NCBI GenBank assembly: GCA_030141605.1
Contig: JAQGDQ010000088.1
Coordinates: forward strand, 310,001 to 374,000
DNA from: Tubiluchus corallicola
Lineage: Eukaryota > Animalia > Priapulida
DNA: 64,000 bases
Direction: 5' to 3'
The notes beneath the pieces were generated by a model that did not search any database, had not been told where the DNA came from, and saw only the letters and a program-made list of their open reading frames with translations. Each line of letters opens with the position of its first letter. Positions within the stretch are counted from its first letter, which is position 1. The translations under genes and the position numbers were made by a program. Shown piece after piece: positions 25,262 to 39,230 of the stretch.

Positions 25262-28200
25262 ATGGGAAAAACCAAAAAAATGAAGAAAAAGAAAGAACAA
25301 GGTCCAACTGGCTTACCAAGTGTTCGTGATGCCGAAGAAATGGAATTACAGGAAAAAAAAATCCAAAGTGGAACACTGTTGACAATTTTGGAAAAGGTAC
25401 CATTAATTGATTTGAAATTATTATGGCTTGTTTTTTGCTGTATTTTTTGTTAAATAAAAACAATAATTTCATCGCTGTTCCCAGATTGGCAGATAAAACT
25501 TTTAGTGTATTACGTCAATATTTTGTTAAGTCTCATTTCGGTATTCCTAATTCCTGCACTAACCAGTTGATCCTTGTTATGGTGTTTATTTCAATTAAAA
25601 TATTATATTGTGACTTTTTGTGTGTAGTTGCAATCTGGTGGTGCAGAAGCAAAAGAATGTGGGTGCAACACTATTGCTTCACTTATCTCTCACACAGAAT
25701 CCATTCAGTTATTAGCTGAAAGTGGTGTTTTTCGAATTATTGCACCTCTCTTGGTAGATCCAAGCAGTGAAGTAAGACTTTCAGCTGCTGGAGCTCTTCG
25801 GTAAGTGTAGCATGTAAAACATATTTTGTTTCTTGCAGTTTTTCGTGGAAAAACCATGAGTCAAGACTCAAAAAAGGCTTCCAAGAAACCATATTTCTTT
25901 TTTGGCAATAGCAGTATGTACTGCATATTGTAAAAGAATGGTAGGCTCGATTACTCTGCAGCATTCTTTGTTTTACCTCAAGCTGATGAATGAGCACTAA
26001 TGTGCTGTTAAGTGTGTATAAGAAAAAATAAGTTATTGACAGATTATTTCATTCCCAAGTAACCTAAATTCGAAATATTAAGTGCAGCAAGAATATGCTA
26101 TCAGAGCATTTTGCCTCATGTATTTTATATGTTAACTTGACAAGAAAAAGTAGTTGCAATTTTCGACCCGTTCACCTGCTGCTTTTTTAGAGACTATTGG
26201 AAGGGTAGTAATATTAATCATTGTTATCACAGGAATGCAAGTGTGTGTGGACGACCTGATATATGTGATACAATGGTAAAGCAGGATGTCTTCACACCAT
26301 TAGTTTTGTTACTCAAACAAGTATGTTTATCATGATTTTGTGCATAACACTGCAGAAAGTTAAAATGTAGGATTGTAAAGCAATAGTAAGGAATATTTTA
26401 AATAGGTCATGTTTACAAAGCTGACTGTCTCTGAAGAGCTCTCATTTCATGTTAATCAAGACTTTTTACTTACTTTAAAATCATTCTTGCGTCATTTGTA
26501 TATGACTTGCGTCAGCATTACACACTTATTAAATGAACAGTTTAAATTAGTTATTACAAGGATCATCTCTGAGCTGCTTTTGCCTTCAGTGGCTTCTGTT
26601 ACCATCATTGGCTACTATTACTAGGAGTTTTCATTACCGGACTGCATTGTTTTGGCAAGAAGGTGTTTCAATGTGTTATTTTATTATATATTTCTTTTAG
26701 CATTATAGTAATCCACAATCACTGAAAAAGGTAGATTCGGTTCATATGAAAGAAAATGATCACGGAGGTTCGTCTTCTAGACGGAAGGATGCTGACGATG
26801 TTTTTAATGAAACATTCATCCATTCTGTTCATTTACTGTGGAATTTATGGTATATATATTAACTAAAATCTTGGGTTCATTTCACTTAGATTAATTGTGT
26901 TTGGAATGTTTAGGTTTTTTAAATAAATTGCTTTCTAAACTTAGATTTATAGGTAGAGAGCTGTCTAAACATAATTTTAACATGTAAGCAATTTTATTTT
27001 TAGTGAAGCAAGCAGCACAGCTGTTAAGATTTTTAACCGGGAGAATCTGTTACCCCTACTTGTGCCATTTCTAGATTATAACCAGTATGGCTTGGATGCT
27101 GCCATTGCTGTTGGTAAATTGTTATTTTTGTAAATGTGTTACTTTGACACCTGTACCTACTTGTAGGGCCTCTGATTTTCCGCGATCTCGGAAAACAGAC
27201 GTAATTCATGGAAATGGACAACTGCAACATAGAAATAGCCATGGAATTAGCCTGATTTCCGACTTTTTTGCAAATTTAATGCCTACTAGAGACAATTTTT
27301 TTCACGTGTTATTTTCCGGCAGAACTAACCAGTTTTTTCAGCCTTTTCCGACCTTAATAGAAGTTCTTCCCCAACTTTTCTTTTTAAGCAACTTGCGTTC
27401 CTACTTTCACTTTGTTTTATGGGAAATACTTTAGCGCGAGTGTGTAGCAAATAGCAATACGTTTGTGGAAAGGTTTCCCCTTTTCACACAAACACAATCT
27501 GACAATGCTACGCAGGGAATTTCCGGATGATTTGTATGAGTATGATAGGCTATTGTTCTGTCCCTTTGAGTGCGAATTAAATGCTGGCATTCTTATTTTA
27601 TCTTAGACAAATACAAATACCTGATTGACTACAAGCTTAATTCATATAAAAATTTATTTTTTTATTTACAATTTATCGCACATCACATAATCTGATGATA
27701 AATATTAGTTACAGGGCCATGTAGCTGCTAATTTCAGTGAAGTTAAATTTAAATGGAATTGACGATTTTTTGAAACGGAAAATTGGAGGCTGTATACTTG
27801 TACATATCTCTTTATCAAACTATTTATATTACCTTGTTATGATAGTGCTGTTATCTATAAAGAATGCATGAAAAGAATAACTGAACCTTTGAAATGTTGT
27901 AAGGTCAGACTAATTTGCTAAGCATTGCTTGAAAATAGTATCAAAGTCCCAAAGAAAGAATTTAATGATACAAAGTTTTTGAACTGTTGACTAGATTATC
28001 TGCATTAACAAATTTTTGCTATGGAATAATAGCTGTTTCATTGTTTAAGCTTGTTTGAAAATGTTCGGAATTTAAACTTTTTCTTTTTGAAGTTTACATT
28101 GTCATGTACTGTTATCGTTTGCTGGTAGTATTCCATTTTTAGGTCGATGTCTGCACACAGTGTCAGAAGATAATAATGCCTTTGCAGCTACAGCTAACTC

Positions 28201-31200
28201 TGCCGATCTTTTACCAAATCTGACCAAGTTTCTGTCATCTGACAAACTGGATGTCAGTGGTCTTTTATTGAAATGTCTTGTAATAGGTACTTGTTTTTTA
28301 TTTTTAAGAAGATTTTTAGATGACTGCAAACAAATCTTGTAAATAATTACGTTATATGTTACTGAATTGATTTTAATATTGTGTAGATTGTGACTTGTAT
28401 GTCTGATAGTAAGAACTTTAGTCATTTGAGTGCCTGGGAATTAATCTTTTTGGCCCATTTATCACCAAGAAGCAGCTGGGAAGCCTTGGACTCAATTCCA
28501 TATGCCCATTTTTTATTTTAATCTATTGATTGTTTTTCCCATTTAGAAGTGATAGTAAAATCCATTAAAGCGATATTGTAATATAAATTTGAATAAAATT
28601 TGCTTAACATTTTTATGTTAGGGATTTATTTGAATGTGTGTGGGGGAAAGTTAGATTGCAAAACTATGGTGCCAGTCATGAGTATATTGGCAAGATCATT
28701 GGAGTGTGATGTTGTTACAGGCATTATTGCTATAACAAATGTAAGTAGATTTTGGTAATGGCTATTGTTTTTAGAGTTTAAAATTGCTTCTTAATTTAAC
28801 TTCATTTGGTGTGTGATATATACTTTTACTATTATACAAGCATGCAAGTCTACTTATGTTTTATAAAATGTTTTTCAGGACTTATCTAAAGAAGAAACAA
28901 GCATTTGTGAATTTAAGGTGGAAGTCATCTTTGCTGTAATTTTTCATTTATAAAATGCTTAAGATTAAATTATTGAATGTAACTGTTGTGAATATTTTAA
29001 ACAGTTCCCCTAGGCTAACAGGTTGATTCACTACAAGCTTTGTTTTTAGATTTTTTTATAATTTCACTTTTACATCAAAGGATAATCAAGGAATTGAAAG
29101 GTAATCTTCTTTTTCTTTTTTGGACGCATTCTTTTATCAAAACATTGGATGAAATTATCATGTGGTACATTAACTAATTGCCCAAAGTTCACAGTTAAGT
29201 ACTGCAACACAGAGCTGATGTAGTTCTGTGTGAAACTAAAGGTATACTGGAGTTTTTATAGCTCAAGGTAAAATTGTAGAAGCTAGCATTATAAATACTG
29301 AATGTACATTGATACCCGGTATCTTGGCATCTTATAAAGCATTTGTCAATGCGGTCTAATGAGAAACAAAAAAGTGTTGTATATAAGTGCTCCTCCGACA
29401 GAAATTTAGCTGTCTGATGTTGGAAAGAGCTGTTTGAAATAAAATTAAATGCATAAAATATTAGTTGTGATTGTTATGCTAATAAGCTATTTTCTTTCAG
29501 ATGCTAGAGTATGAAAAACAGCTGCAAGAGCTGATTGTACACTTAGATGTACAACAAACTGCTCTTGAGATCATTACTAATTTGTGTTGTGTTGAAGGTA
29601 TATCTTTTCTTACATTTTACAAATTCGATATTAATATTAAATGATTTTAAGTAACGTATAGTAAGTCTTTTCTTATCGATTGCCCTTTTATTGATGTTTG
29701 ATTTTGACTATGCTGAAAAGTTGACACTTTTTAACTACTAAAATTTCATTCAGTGTGGTGCTGCTACTTTGTCAAAAACTACTACAATAAGCTATCAGGC
29801 TGGTTTGTCATTATGGGATGACGTATTAAGTAAAGGTTATAATTAACGTTAATTAAATACAATCAGTTAAGAAGTACAACTAATTAAAGAAGCGTTGTAC
29901 TTTAATGTCTAAGTTCAGGAGTTATTGTTGTTAACAAATAATGTTAATTTTTATTTACATATTTTGATAGTAGGTACTATGTTTTCTTTTCACTAAAAAT
30001 CAGATGAGGAAGAATGGGAAGAGCTGGATAGCAGTGATGCTAGTGACATAGTAGAATGTACTGACATGGAGATAGAGCAAGGAGAACCAGTCGAGGTGAG
30101 TGAAAGTGAACTTGAAAACTTACAATTAAGTATTAACTTAACTTCAGGATTAATGATTAACATTGAATGAGCACACATCATTTTGTCTTAAAAATCTAAT
30201 AACTGTAGAAATAATTAAAATAGTTTATGTTTGTTCTATTAGTGTGCTTTTTCTGTAAGATTTTTACTAATAAAGCACATATTACAAAAAAAGAACAATG
30301 AATGTTTTTGATGCTAAAATGATTAAATTTTGCAGTGTCTGACAGAATGCATAGCAATTTTATCTTTACAATAATAAAGGATATATGAAGAATTTAAATT
30401 TGGACCAACTTATTTGAATAAGGCTTGCGCCAATATTCATTGGGTGCAGAATAGGGATGGGTACAATACCTCGGATTCGGATCCGACCCGGCTTTACTGC
30501 ATCAGATCTGATTTGGGTTCCATAGCAAAATGCGAAGCACTCCTCATAATTTGTGTTTACTCAGTTTGAGAATCAAATCCACTGTCAGCTAGTGCTGTCA
30601 TAGCTTTTGATCTCTAATAAAATTTTAATTTTGAAATATGAATTTCGAATGTAAAAGCTTTGCACTGCACCAAAGATGCAACTTATACAACATTTCTGTT
30701 ATTGTGCTTCTAAACACAGACACTGTCAGCATCATAGTACTTTAGTGCAGTTATGAAATACTCCAAAACTTCTCTGAATTTTCTGTACGTAGTACCATAC
30801 ATATTTTGCATACTAATAGCAGTATCTTCTAGATGACAATGAATAAAGATCAAAGCAAGGTGAATATGAACTAAGGCAAAAACTAAATCTGAATTAAGAA
30901 ATTTTACTGTGTATAGCAAAACCATTATATTTGAACAAAGCTTATAACATCTATTCTATCTCACATGGCAGTGATCCTAAGATGAAAAACCTAACTGCAT
31001 CAAGTTACAAGCTACAGTCTGGTATTAAAAATTGAGCAAATTAAAAGTTTGGATTCGATTTGGCTTTAGAAACTCCAGAAATGTGAGATTCAGATTCGAT
31101 TTAGTTCTGGAAATGAAGTAAAAATGAGCTTCGGATTCATTTCAGTTTCGAGAATTTAACCTTTGTCCCACCCTTAGTGCAAAACTCTAATGTACGATTT

Positions 31201-34200
31201 TAAGTTCATCCTTGAGCTGCTTTACTGCCCTAATATGTTTGTTATAGAAAGTTTAAGGGGAGCATCAGTAAATGTCTTTGGTTAACTATCTGCATGGTGG
31301 ATTGTTAGTAAACTTTGTTTTTGGTAGTTCTATTAGCTGGCTATTGCTTTTCAACAGTTAATCATCTCAAGAATAGTGATTAAGGAGCCTGTGTTTACAA
31401 AGCCGAGACCAAGGCTGGAACTGGATACCAAAATTTGAATAACTGACATGGTGATTATTGTTTCGTGCATGCTTGAAAGATTAATTTAGTATTACTGTTT
31501 TTCATGCTTCAAAACTGTAATTTTCAGTTAGAAAGGTGTTTGAGACCAGAGCTGCTCGAAGCTATTGCCAGCAATCATTTTGTTGAGAAAATTGTGGCAC
31601 TGCTATGTCCCTTTAAGGCTGAGTTGCATTTGCAACTTGAACTGCATGAACTGGGAAGACAATTCCTGACGAAGTATGTATGCAGAAGAAACAGAAATTT
31701 TGGTTAAAATTTTGAATCATAGAACTGTATCCAGATTACTTTTTGCTGGTAATTAAAGCAAACTGTATTTACTAATTCAATTAAATTCAACTTGCAAATG
31801 AGACCATTGACTTTTCTAATCCAACATTAGTTAACTCGTTAAAAAATTTTTGTGTGCCAGAGTCAACCAATTATATAGTCAAGATAGCCAAGTTTTTTAA
31901 GCTATCTGCTATGTTAAAAGATAAGCCAGAAAAATCTAAAAATTTGACAGGATTTTGTCATCATTTTTTGTGCAACATTTATGACACAACTAGTTCAGAT
32001 TGTAAATTGATAGCTTTCATTTTTTCAATAATGATCTTGATAATTTGATAGTACAACAATTGTAATAGAATAGGAAAGTTAGAAATTTTGCCTCTACTTT
32101 TTACTTTGAGTGTTTTTTCATTTACCCACTGAATTTACAGCCATTTTATATCGACGTGCTAATCGGTTTGCAGTTTTTCCAAACGCATTACATATCATTT
32201 TCAAGGGGTATTTTTCGGAAATAAGTGCCAAATTTGCTTAACTATGTGGTGTACTTTAGCAAATTTATCATGCAGGTAGCAAATATGAATTCTTTTTAGC
32301 TTGACTGTGAATTAGTTCAAAATATATTAGGTAATTTGTTTATGTATTTCTAAAGTAATTTTATTTTCATTGGAAACAGGCATGATAGGGTACGATGTAG
32401 AGCATTACTATGCATCAACAATATGGTATCTAATCTTACCTCAGATGATTTCGGTGGTCATGATGCTCTCTGGCGCATTTGGTCTACCATTGGTATTGAA
32501 ATTTTTCAACAAACTAATATCACTCAGGTTGAGCTTTTGGAAGCCACTACTTGTGCAATGAGAGCTGTTTTACTCAGACTCCATGAAATAAAGTCTACAA
32601 AAGTAAGAACTGTCACATAGTATTGCAATTTGGAAAGCTGTTATAGTAGCTGAATGTCATCTGTAAAGGTGTTGTAACAAATGTCAACTGTTGAGAGACA
32701 AAAATCTGTTAAGTACTCAAAACTAGAACAACTACAGCACTTTTATTTAAAAAGTAGCTACATTGTAAATGGATGCTGTCGACCATAGTAGTTTACTTTC
32801 TCTCCACTTGTGTTTGGTGTTTGGATTTTTTAATATGATTGGATAAGTGATTTTAGCAAGGGAATACTTGTTTACTATTTATTCTATAGGATTATTCAAT
32901 TAGATTATTTTTTTGGTTTAGGAGCTTCTTTTTTATGATAACATTGCGTCTTGTTTTTTTTGTGAGAAATTTATAGAACTTACATCTGTCTATTGATTTG
33001 TCAACTTTTGATTTAAAATAGTAACAACATTATCTTAGAAGTTACACCCTTCTAATGTAAGATGATAATATTACATGCATCTTGCCAATATACATATCCC
33101 CAGAACAGTTAGTTATATATTAATATTGCCAGTATATATTTATGATTATATATAGACTAAAATGTAGTTTAAGTTTTTTATTGGTATTCAACTTTTTTGG
33201 TCATTTTTCAGTTTACAAGCTTTACCGTTGATGACATACAAAACTTGTTTACAATTGGTCGACAGTGCAGTGAGGCAGCTGTCAGGGCAAACATAATACG
33301 TATCATGGTCACCTTCGGTTGCATTATAGCGACTGAATTGTCAACTTGGGAGACTCTTAAGGTATGTTATCCTTTTCTATAGTCCTACTTCAAGTCAACA
33401 TCTATTATCTATTGTCTTGAATTAAAAACCGTGTTTGTGACAGCACATCACTAATTCTTGGAATTTTCATTTTCAACGTATTTTTTCTTTAAACCTACTC
33501 AGCAAAATATTGACTGTTATTGATTGGCCTGTGTTTGCTTGTGTCAAAATAAGCAGATTTAATTACTAATATCTTCACAATCACTGATTGAATAATAAAA
33601 AAATCCAATTTAGTGTGTGTTTGTTAGTTTAGTATAACTTGATTTTTTGTTGGGCTTGGTGATTTTTCAGCTTTTTTAGAACTTTGGTTTTTATATTTTT
33701 ATCCCTCTTTTCAGTCTACTGCAATGTGCATGACCTTGCAAATTACTTTGAATTTAATGATTGCTTTGTACATTTGTTGAGTGCAAACAAAATTAATACT
33801 TTTCAAGACTTCAAAGACTGACTAAAACAAGTTTAAGAACAATTATAAATTATTTAAGGTTTCTTACTCTACATTTACTGTGATATGATGACTTGTGTGC
33901 TTGTAAATGAACAAAAACAAATGCATTCATTGATTTTGCTTTGCCAAAGTGAAATGAGCCGTTTCTTAATTTCCACGAACCATTTTGTCTTAACAGAGTT
34001 AAATTTGCACATTATGAGGACGTTACGAACTCGAAGCGAATCGCTCCAAGTTTTGTCATGTTTCAGCTGAACATAAAGTTTTTAAATAAATTGTTTCCCA
34101 ACATTAATGTGATAATATATAAGCACCTTATAATTTTTTAATTAATTCTCCTTGTGTATTTATTTAGCTTATATACTGTTGCAGGCTATTGGACAATTTC

Positions 34201-36620
34201 TGTTACACATGAGTACTAATGACAGCTGTTTGTGGGTCTCAGCAGAAGCATTGGATGGAATATTTGACTTGTTCGGTGAAGATGATGCAGCATTGGAGTA
34301 TGCAAGTCGAGATATCGAGCTTGTTGCTAAACTCAGAGAGATTGTGCCTACCTTCACAAATAAGGTTAGAAGTACATGGGTGTCCACAGAAAAGAGGGCA
34401 AATGTTTATGGCTTTGGAGTTATCATCACGTACAGCAAGGGCTTTTTTAGCATTGTCTTAATGGTGCTAAGGTCTCAATGTGAAAGTATATTTTCAAATC
34501 GAAACAAAGCAAATGTTGCAGTCAGTGTTTTTAGTCACATCAGTGCTTGTGATGCTTCTTTGTTAAAAATTTGTGTTACTTAGTGGATCTTAAAAAATTT
34601 GTCACTCACAGTTTTTTAGCATCCTTATTTTGATCTTGTTTATAACATGGCATTGTGACTGTGTTGTCTCTGCAGAGATAATTAAAATTTAATTGTTAAG
34701 CCATGCAACATAACTATAACTGTAATTATAATAATTAATAACAAGATATAATTGAAAAAGTACCAGTTGATAAAGATAGTAACTAAAGATTAATGAGCTA
34801 TAGATGTTACTGTTTTGGTTGGACCCGGATCCAGTTAGTAGAGCTGGCTCCCCTAGGCAATGGAGTATTGGAGTCGGTGTTCTATTCTCTATTGCTTTCA
34901 CCTTGCCGCAAATTAGAAGAAACCTCGAAAACAATGTATTTCCATGCTTAGTACTGAATGTGGAAGGACTCCAAGATTAAATCAGTTTTATCACAATCTT
35001 AACTGATAAATTCGAATTTTATTTTTACATTTTTTCTGTTTCTTCATTATCGTCTGCTGCTCCCCTTACACATGTCACGTTCTCATATTACTTTGCCTAA
35101 CTATTATATTATGAGCAAATTTTATTTGAACACCTTGGAAAAAATCTAGTCAACCAGAAGCAATAAACTGAGCTAACCACTAGTTCTAATGCCATTTAAA
35201 TTGATAAGAGATTTAATCACGTTTAAATGAACTAATTTTTTGCTATACATGTTGTGACCTTGCTTCCGCATCCCACACTATCAAAAAGGGTGGGTAGTAC
35301 ATAGCCAACAACACAAACTGCAACATTAACATGGGAATCCAGAAAATCAACTGTATGAAAAAGTAATTACACTCCCAAAAGAGTACTTTTTATTTTATAA
35401 ACATATTAGAAATTGAAACTGTAAAATTCATTAAAATGCAAAAGTAATTTTTCAACTCCATTTGCCGAATTCATGATCCACATGTGTTAATCATTCAATA
35501 AGTATGATTTGGTACAATCGTATCCATCATCATCTTGGGTACTGCCATTATGCAACATAGCATAATTTCCTGCCATGTTGCCTGATTTGCTGCCACATGC
35601 CTAGTGCTACATTGCTTAAGTAAAGTAAAGTAGTGTATTTAATAAGTCTTTCTCCCGAATATGCAATGTGCGATCAGCTGCCCTTCTGTTGGCTTCTTCC
35701 CACATATTTAGTTCTTGATGAAATTCTGTAGTGAGTGGCAAATGCTGTGGTAATCTAATGACATATCTCATCCAAGCCGACGCTTCTGTATAACCTCACT
35801 TCATTCTTTCTTTAAATTATATAGATCTTGACTGAAATTCGCTTTGGCCATTTTATACTCAGCATCTATAAAGACGCCTTTGGAAGGCATCAATTTCATT
35901 TTTCCGAGCAACTTCGATGGAATTGATGCTGACAAACTTTTTTGCTGTGCATCTCCGTCTGTTTTGCCACATTGTTCCTTTCCGTAACTGACTGAAAACT
36001 TTGTCACTGTGTCATTTTTTGAAGAAAGTTCCTATGATTTCATTATTGCTCTGTGCGCCTCTAATTGTGCTTGGCAGTTCGCAATAGTATTTGATAATCG
36101 GCTAACTTCTTTGACTCACTGTTAACATTGTTAAATAAATAAATGAATAACAAATAAAAATAACAAAAACGAAAAGAATATTGCATATTTCTTGAGATTC
36201 TGTGTAATTGTAATGCAATGTTAGGCTCAGAGTCTGTGTAAAAAATTATAAAGATTTGAACGTTTCTCATGGATAACTTTACATTGTTTTAAGATATCGT
36301 GTCATGTCACTTACATTGAAAAGTAAAATATTCTAAAAACAATAGTAACAGCCAAATAGGAAGAAATAAACTATTGCTGCTTAAAACATTTATACTCCAA
36401 AAGTACTGAAGATGTTGAACACTTAGTCAAACTGCTTGCTATCGAACTTGTAAAACACTTCTATCACTAATTGTTATGAAAATATTTTTTTATTTTTCAG
36501 ATTAGTCAAGAAAGAAGAATGTTGGGAGATCATCTGCCTGTAGTCAAAACTGCTAAAACAAACCTCATGAGATTTATCAAGTACAAGGAAACCAGAAAAG
36601 CTAAACAACTAGAGCACTGA
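25262..36620 (+). CDS. HEATR3: HEAT repeat-containing protein 3 (Syo1/symportin-1 homologue), about 654 aa, 15 coding exons
   Basis: Exons 25262-25396, 25628-25800, 26233-26320, 26701-26849, 27004-27113, 28143-28286, 28622-28740, 28879-28917 (least certain), 29501-29597, 30004-30095, 31528-31673, 32380-32602, 33212-33361, 34185-34364, 36501-36620; all GT-AG and phase-consistent. Motifs: basic N-terminus MGKTKK..PTG, LEKLQS..KECGC, AAGALRN, QQTALEIITNLC, acidic EEWEEL loop, AEALDGIFDLFGED, NLMRFIKYK. Confidence 0.9.
27164..27794. mobile_element. hAT-like non-autonomous element in a HEATR3 intron
   Basis: TIR tagggcctctgattttccg versus cggaaaattggaggctgta; tacttgta occurs at both junctions (27158-27165, 27795-27802). 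Confidence 0.6.
30452..31176. mobile_element. hAT-like MITE with 8-bp TSD in a HEATR3 intron
   Basis: Ends tagggatgggtacaa / tttgtcccaccctta; flanks gtgcagaa (30444-30451) and gtgcaaaa (31177-31184) match 7/8; subterminal ggattcg repeats. Confidence 0.75.
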
Positions 36621-39230
36621 AGCAAGAAACAATTCTCATTACTGCTGGCAGAAGTTTCAGTTAGGGTCGATAATCTGGTTGGTGTTAGCAAGAAATTTCA
36701 AACTGATATGGTGCTAGCTGTCTTTGAAGACAGATTACTTTGCTTATCATTGAAGTATTTCATGTTTGAAATATTCATGACCCCCAGTGGTAAATGCCAC
36801 AAAAGCAAAACGAAAAAGTGTGGATTTCTGTACACAAACAGTGTGCTTGCTGAATAACTTTTGTATTACCATTCTAAAAGTATTTTGTTAATTAATGTAT
36901 ATATTAATATGGTTGTTTAATAACATCAAAATAATTTGTCATTTTTACATAAATTTTTGGATCTGATAGAATAATCTGGAATTCTATTGGAACAGTTATG
37001 GACACTGAATACTTTTTTCCATGATTATTTAGTTAACAGAAACAATGAAAAGAATGATGTCTTTCAAGAATAACAAGTTTGTTTATTATAATTTTCGCAA
37101 AAACAGAAAGTCAAATCAATACACACAAGCAAAATAATGGTAAATAATTTTTCATTCTGAAACAATAGAATTCTGAGAAAGGGAAAGCGATACATCCCTC
37201 TTTTAGTGGGTAAAATGATGTGACAGCTCATTTTGCTAACTGAAATTGGATATACAAAACTGTGGAGAATGCAAATAATGGGTAATAGCCCTCATGATTG
37301 GTGAACCGAAAGCAAACTATCACAGCTTAATATCTATAATGACAGCATAAGTAATGTGCAAACAACTGCTCAATTACACACGAGCGTAACATCTTAATTG
37401 CACATTCTTTTTTAATTTTTGTAACTAATTAATGACATTATGCAGCTGCCAATATTTCCAAGAATTTGTTTCACTCGAGTCCAATATAAGAGATAATTCT
37501 AGACATAGAGACTGGCCCCATACATTATAAGAATTAAACAATTAGTAACAAATGATTTAAGTCCACAAAACTTAACTTGCAAGATATACTGTAACCAGAC
37601 AAATTGGCAAACCATTTTTACCTGTGTAAATAGTCTGTTGTCGAACAAATTCACTTACTGGTTGAAAATCTACCACACAATACATTCAACAGTGAGTTGA
37701 GACTTCTATGTAATTCCACAGTGATAGAAATTGTGGGAAGACTTCTGAAAGAGTATACATATAAAAAGTAAAACTCGTAAATCCAAATTTTTGATCATCC
37801 TAGTGGGGTACTGTTAAGACCTGATACCGAGTCCACCAAAGATATCTAAATTTGGACATACGAGTTTTAATTTTTTTATTTATGCCTCTTCCTGCAATTT
37901 CTTCACTACCCTCAAACAGTAATTGAGCAAGTAATTAATATTTTATAATAATACATAACTGTACTATTTAATACATGTATAACACAATTGCAAGTAGTGC
38001 ACTCAGTAAAAAATCATGCAAACTCAGATTGAGTTTTACTTCATTTTAGAGTCCATATACACGATATTTCTACTACACATGATATTTCTGTAGTAGAAAT
38101 AAAAACAAACTCCTGTTAGTGCTACTCAGTACTGAAGGTGCTTTTTCAATATCTAATATGCAATTAAAAGAATTTTTATGACACATGGTGGAAATAAACC
38201 TAATAGACAACAATCTATGTAAGAGAAATCTAGTATTCGATATTTAAAAAAAACTGTGCTCCCACAATAGATAGAGTAATCATAACTCTGATACATAGAA
38301 ATATCACAACTCTGAAATATAGTGACAGTTCAAAATTTGTGGAAACCTTGCTGAAACAAACAATAATCATTTTGCAATTTAGTACATTAACAGATTACAG
38401 GAACTAAATTGGATTTTTCTAGGAGTCATTTAACGAATTTCATAAAATTTTATTAGCACAAAAATGTTAGCACACATTTCAGCTACCTATGATCTGTGCT
38501 AACTTGTCATCTAAATTAACAAATTTATTAAGTTACTGTATAGTTTAACTCCTTTCTCAATAATGGTGCATGTTAAGACGGATTCGACTTTTAAACATAC
38601 CAAAATGTAATCCATAAAACGGAGTGCACTGATGTGTCCTTGTGACAGATTGCTAAGCACGGCCACAATGACACATCTCTGTTTATCGAACTATAGTAAT
38701 TTCTCATGTATTGATACAGCATGTTAAGCAGCTATAACTAGAGCCAATGCTGACAAAACCACCAGGTGGGAACTAGGGCAAGACTGGTCCAAGGTTGACT
38801 GGGGACCAAGCATGTAAATTCCAGACAACCAGTTAAGGCTTCGCAGGTATTCACTGTTCAACTGATCACAGTCTGACACGGCAACCCACCTATTCGTAGC
38901 TATGCAACAAAGACAACTACTGTTTCAAAATTAATTAAATATTCTCAAATATGGGTTTAACATATGGGTATAATATGATTATGAGACTTTGCTAATAGTT
39001 AAAGATCTCATTATGTATTACTGTTGTTAAGCGAGGCATAATCAATAGCTGAACTAAACAAACCTATGAACTTTATGATTACTACTAACTTCCCAATTTA
39101 ATTATGTTAATTACATCACATTCTAGATCCCAGCAAAAAAACTACTACTAAACTGTGCATTTAGAAAAAAGCATACTGTTGATAGTTTTAACCACTTCAT
39201 TTTTAAGGTACACATTTTTTCACATCCTCT

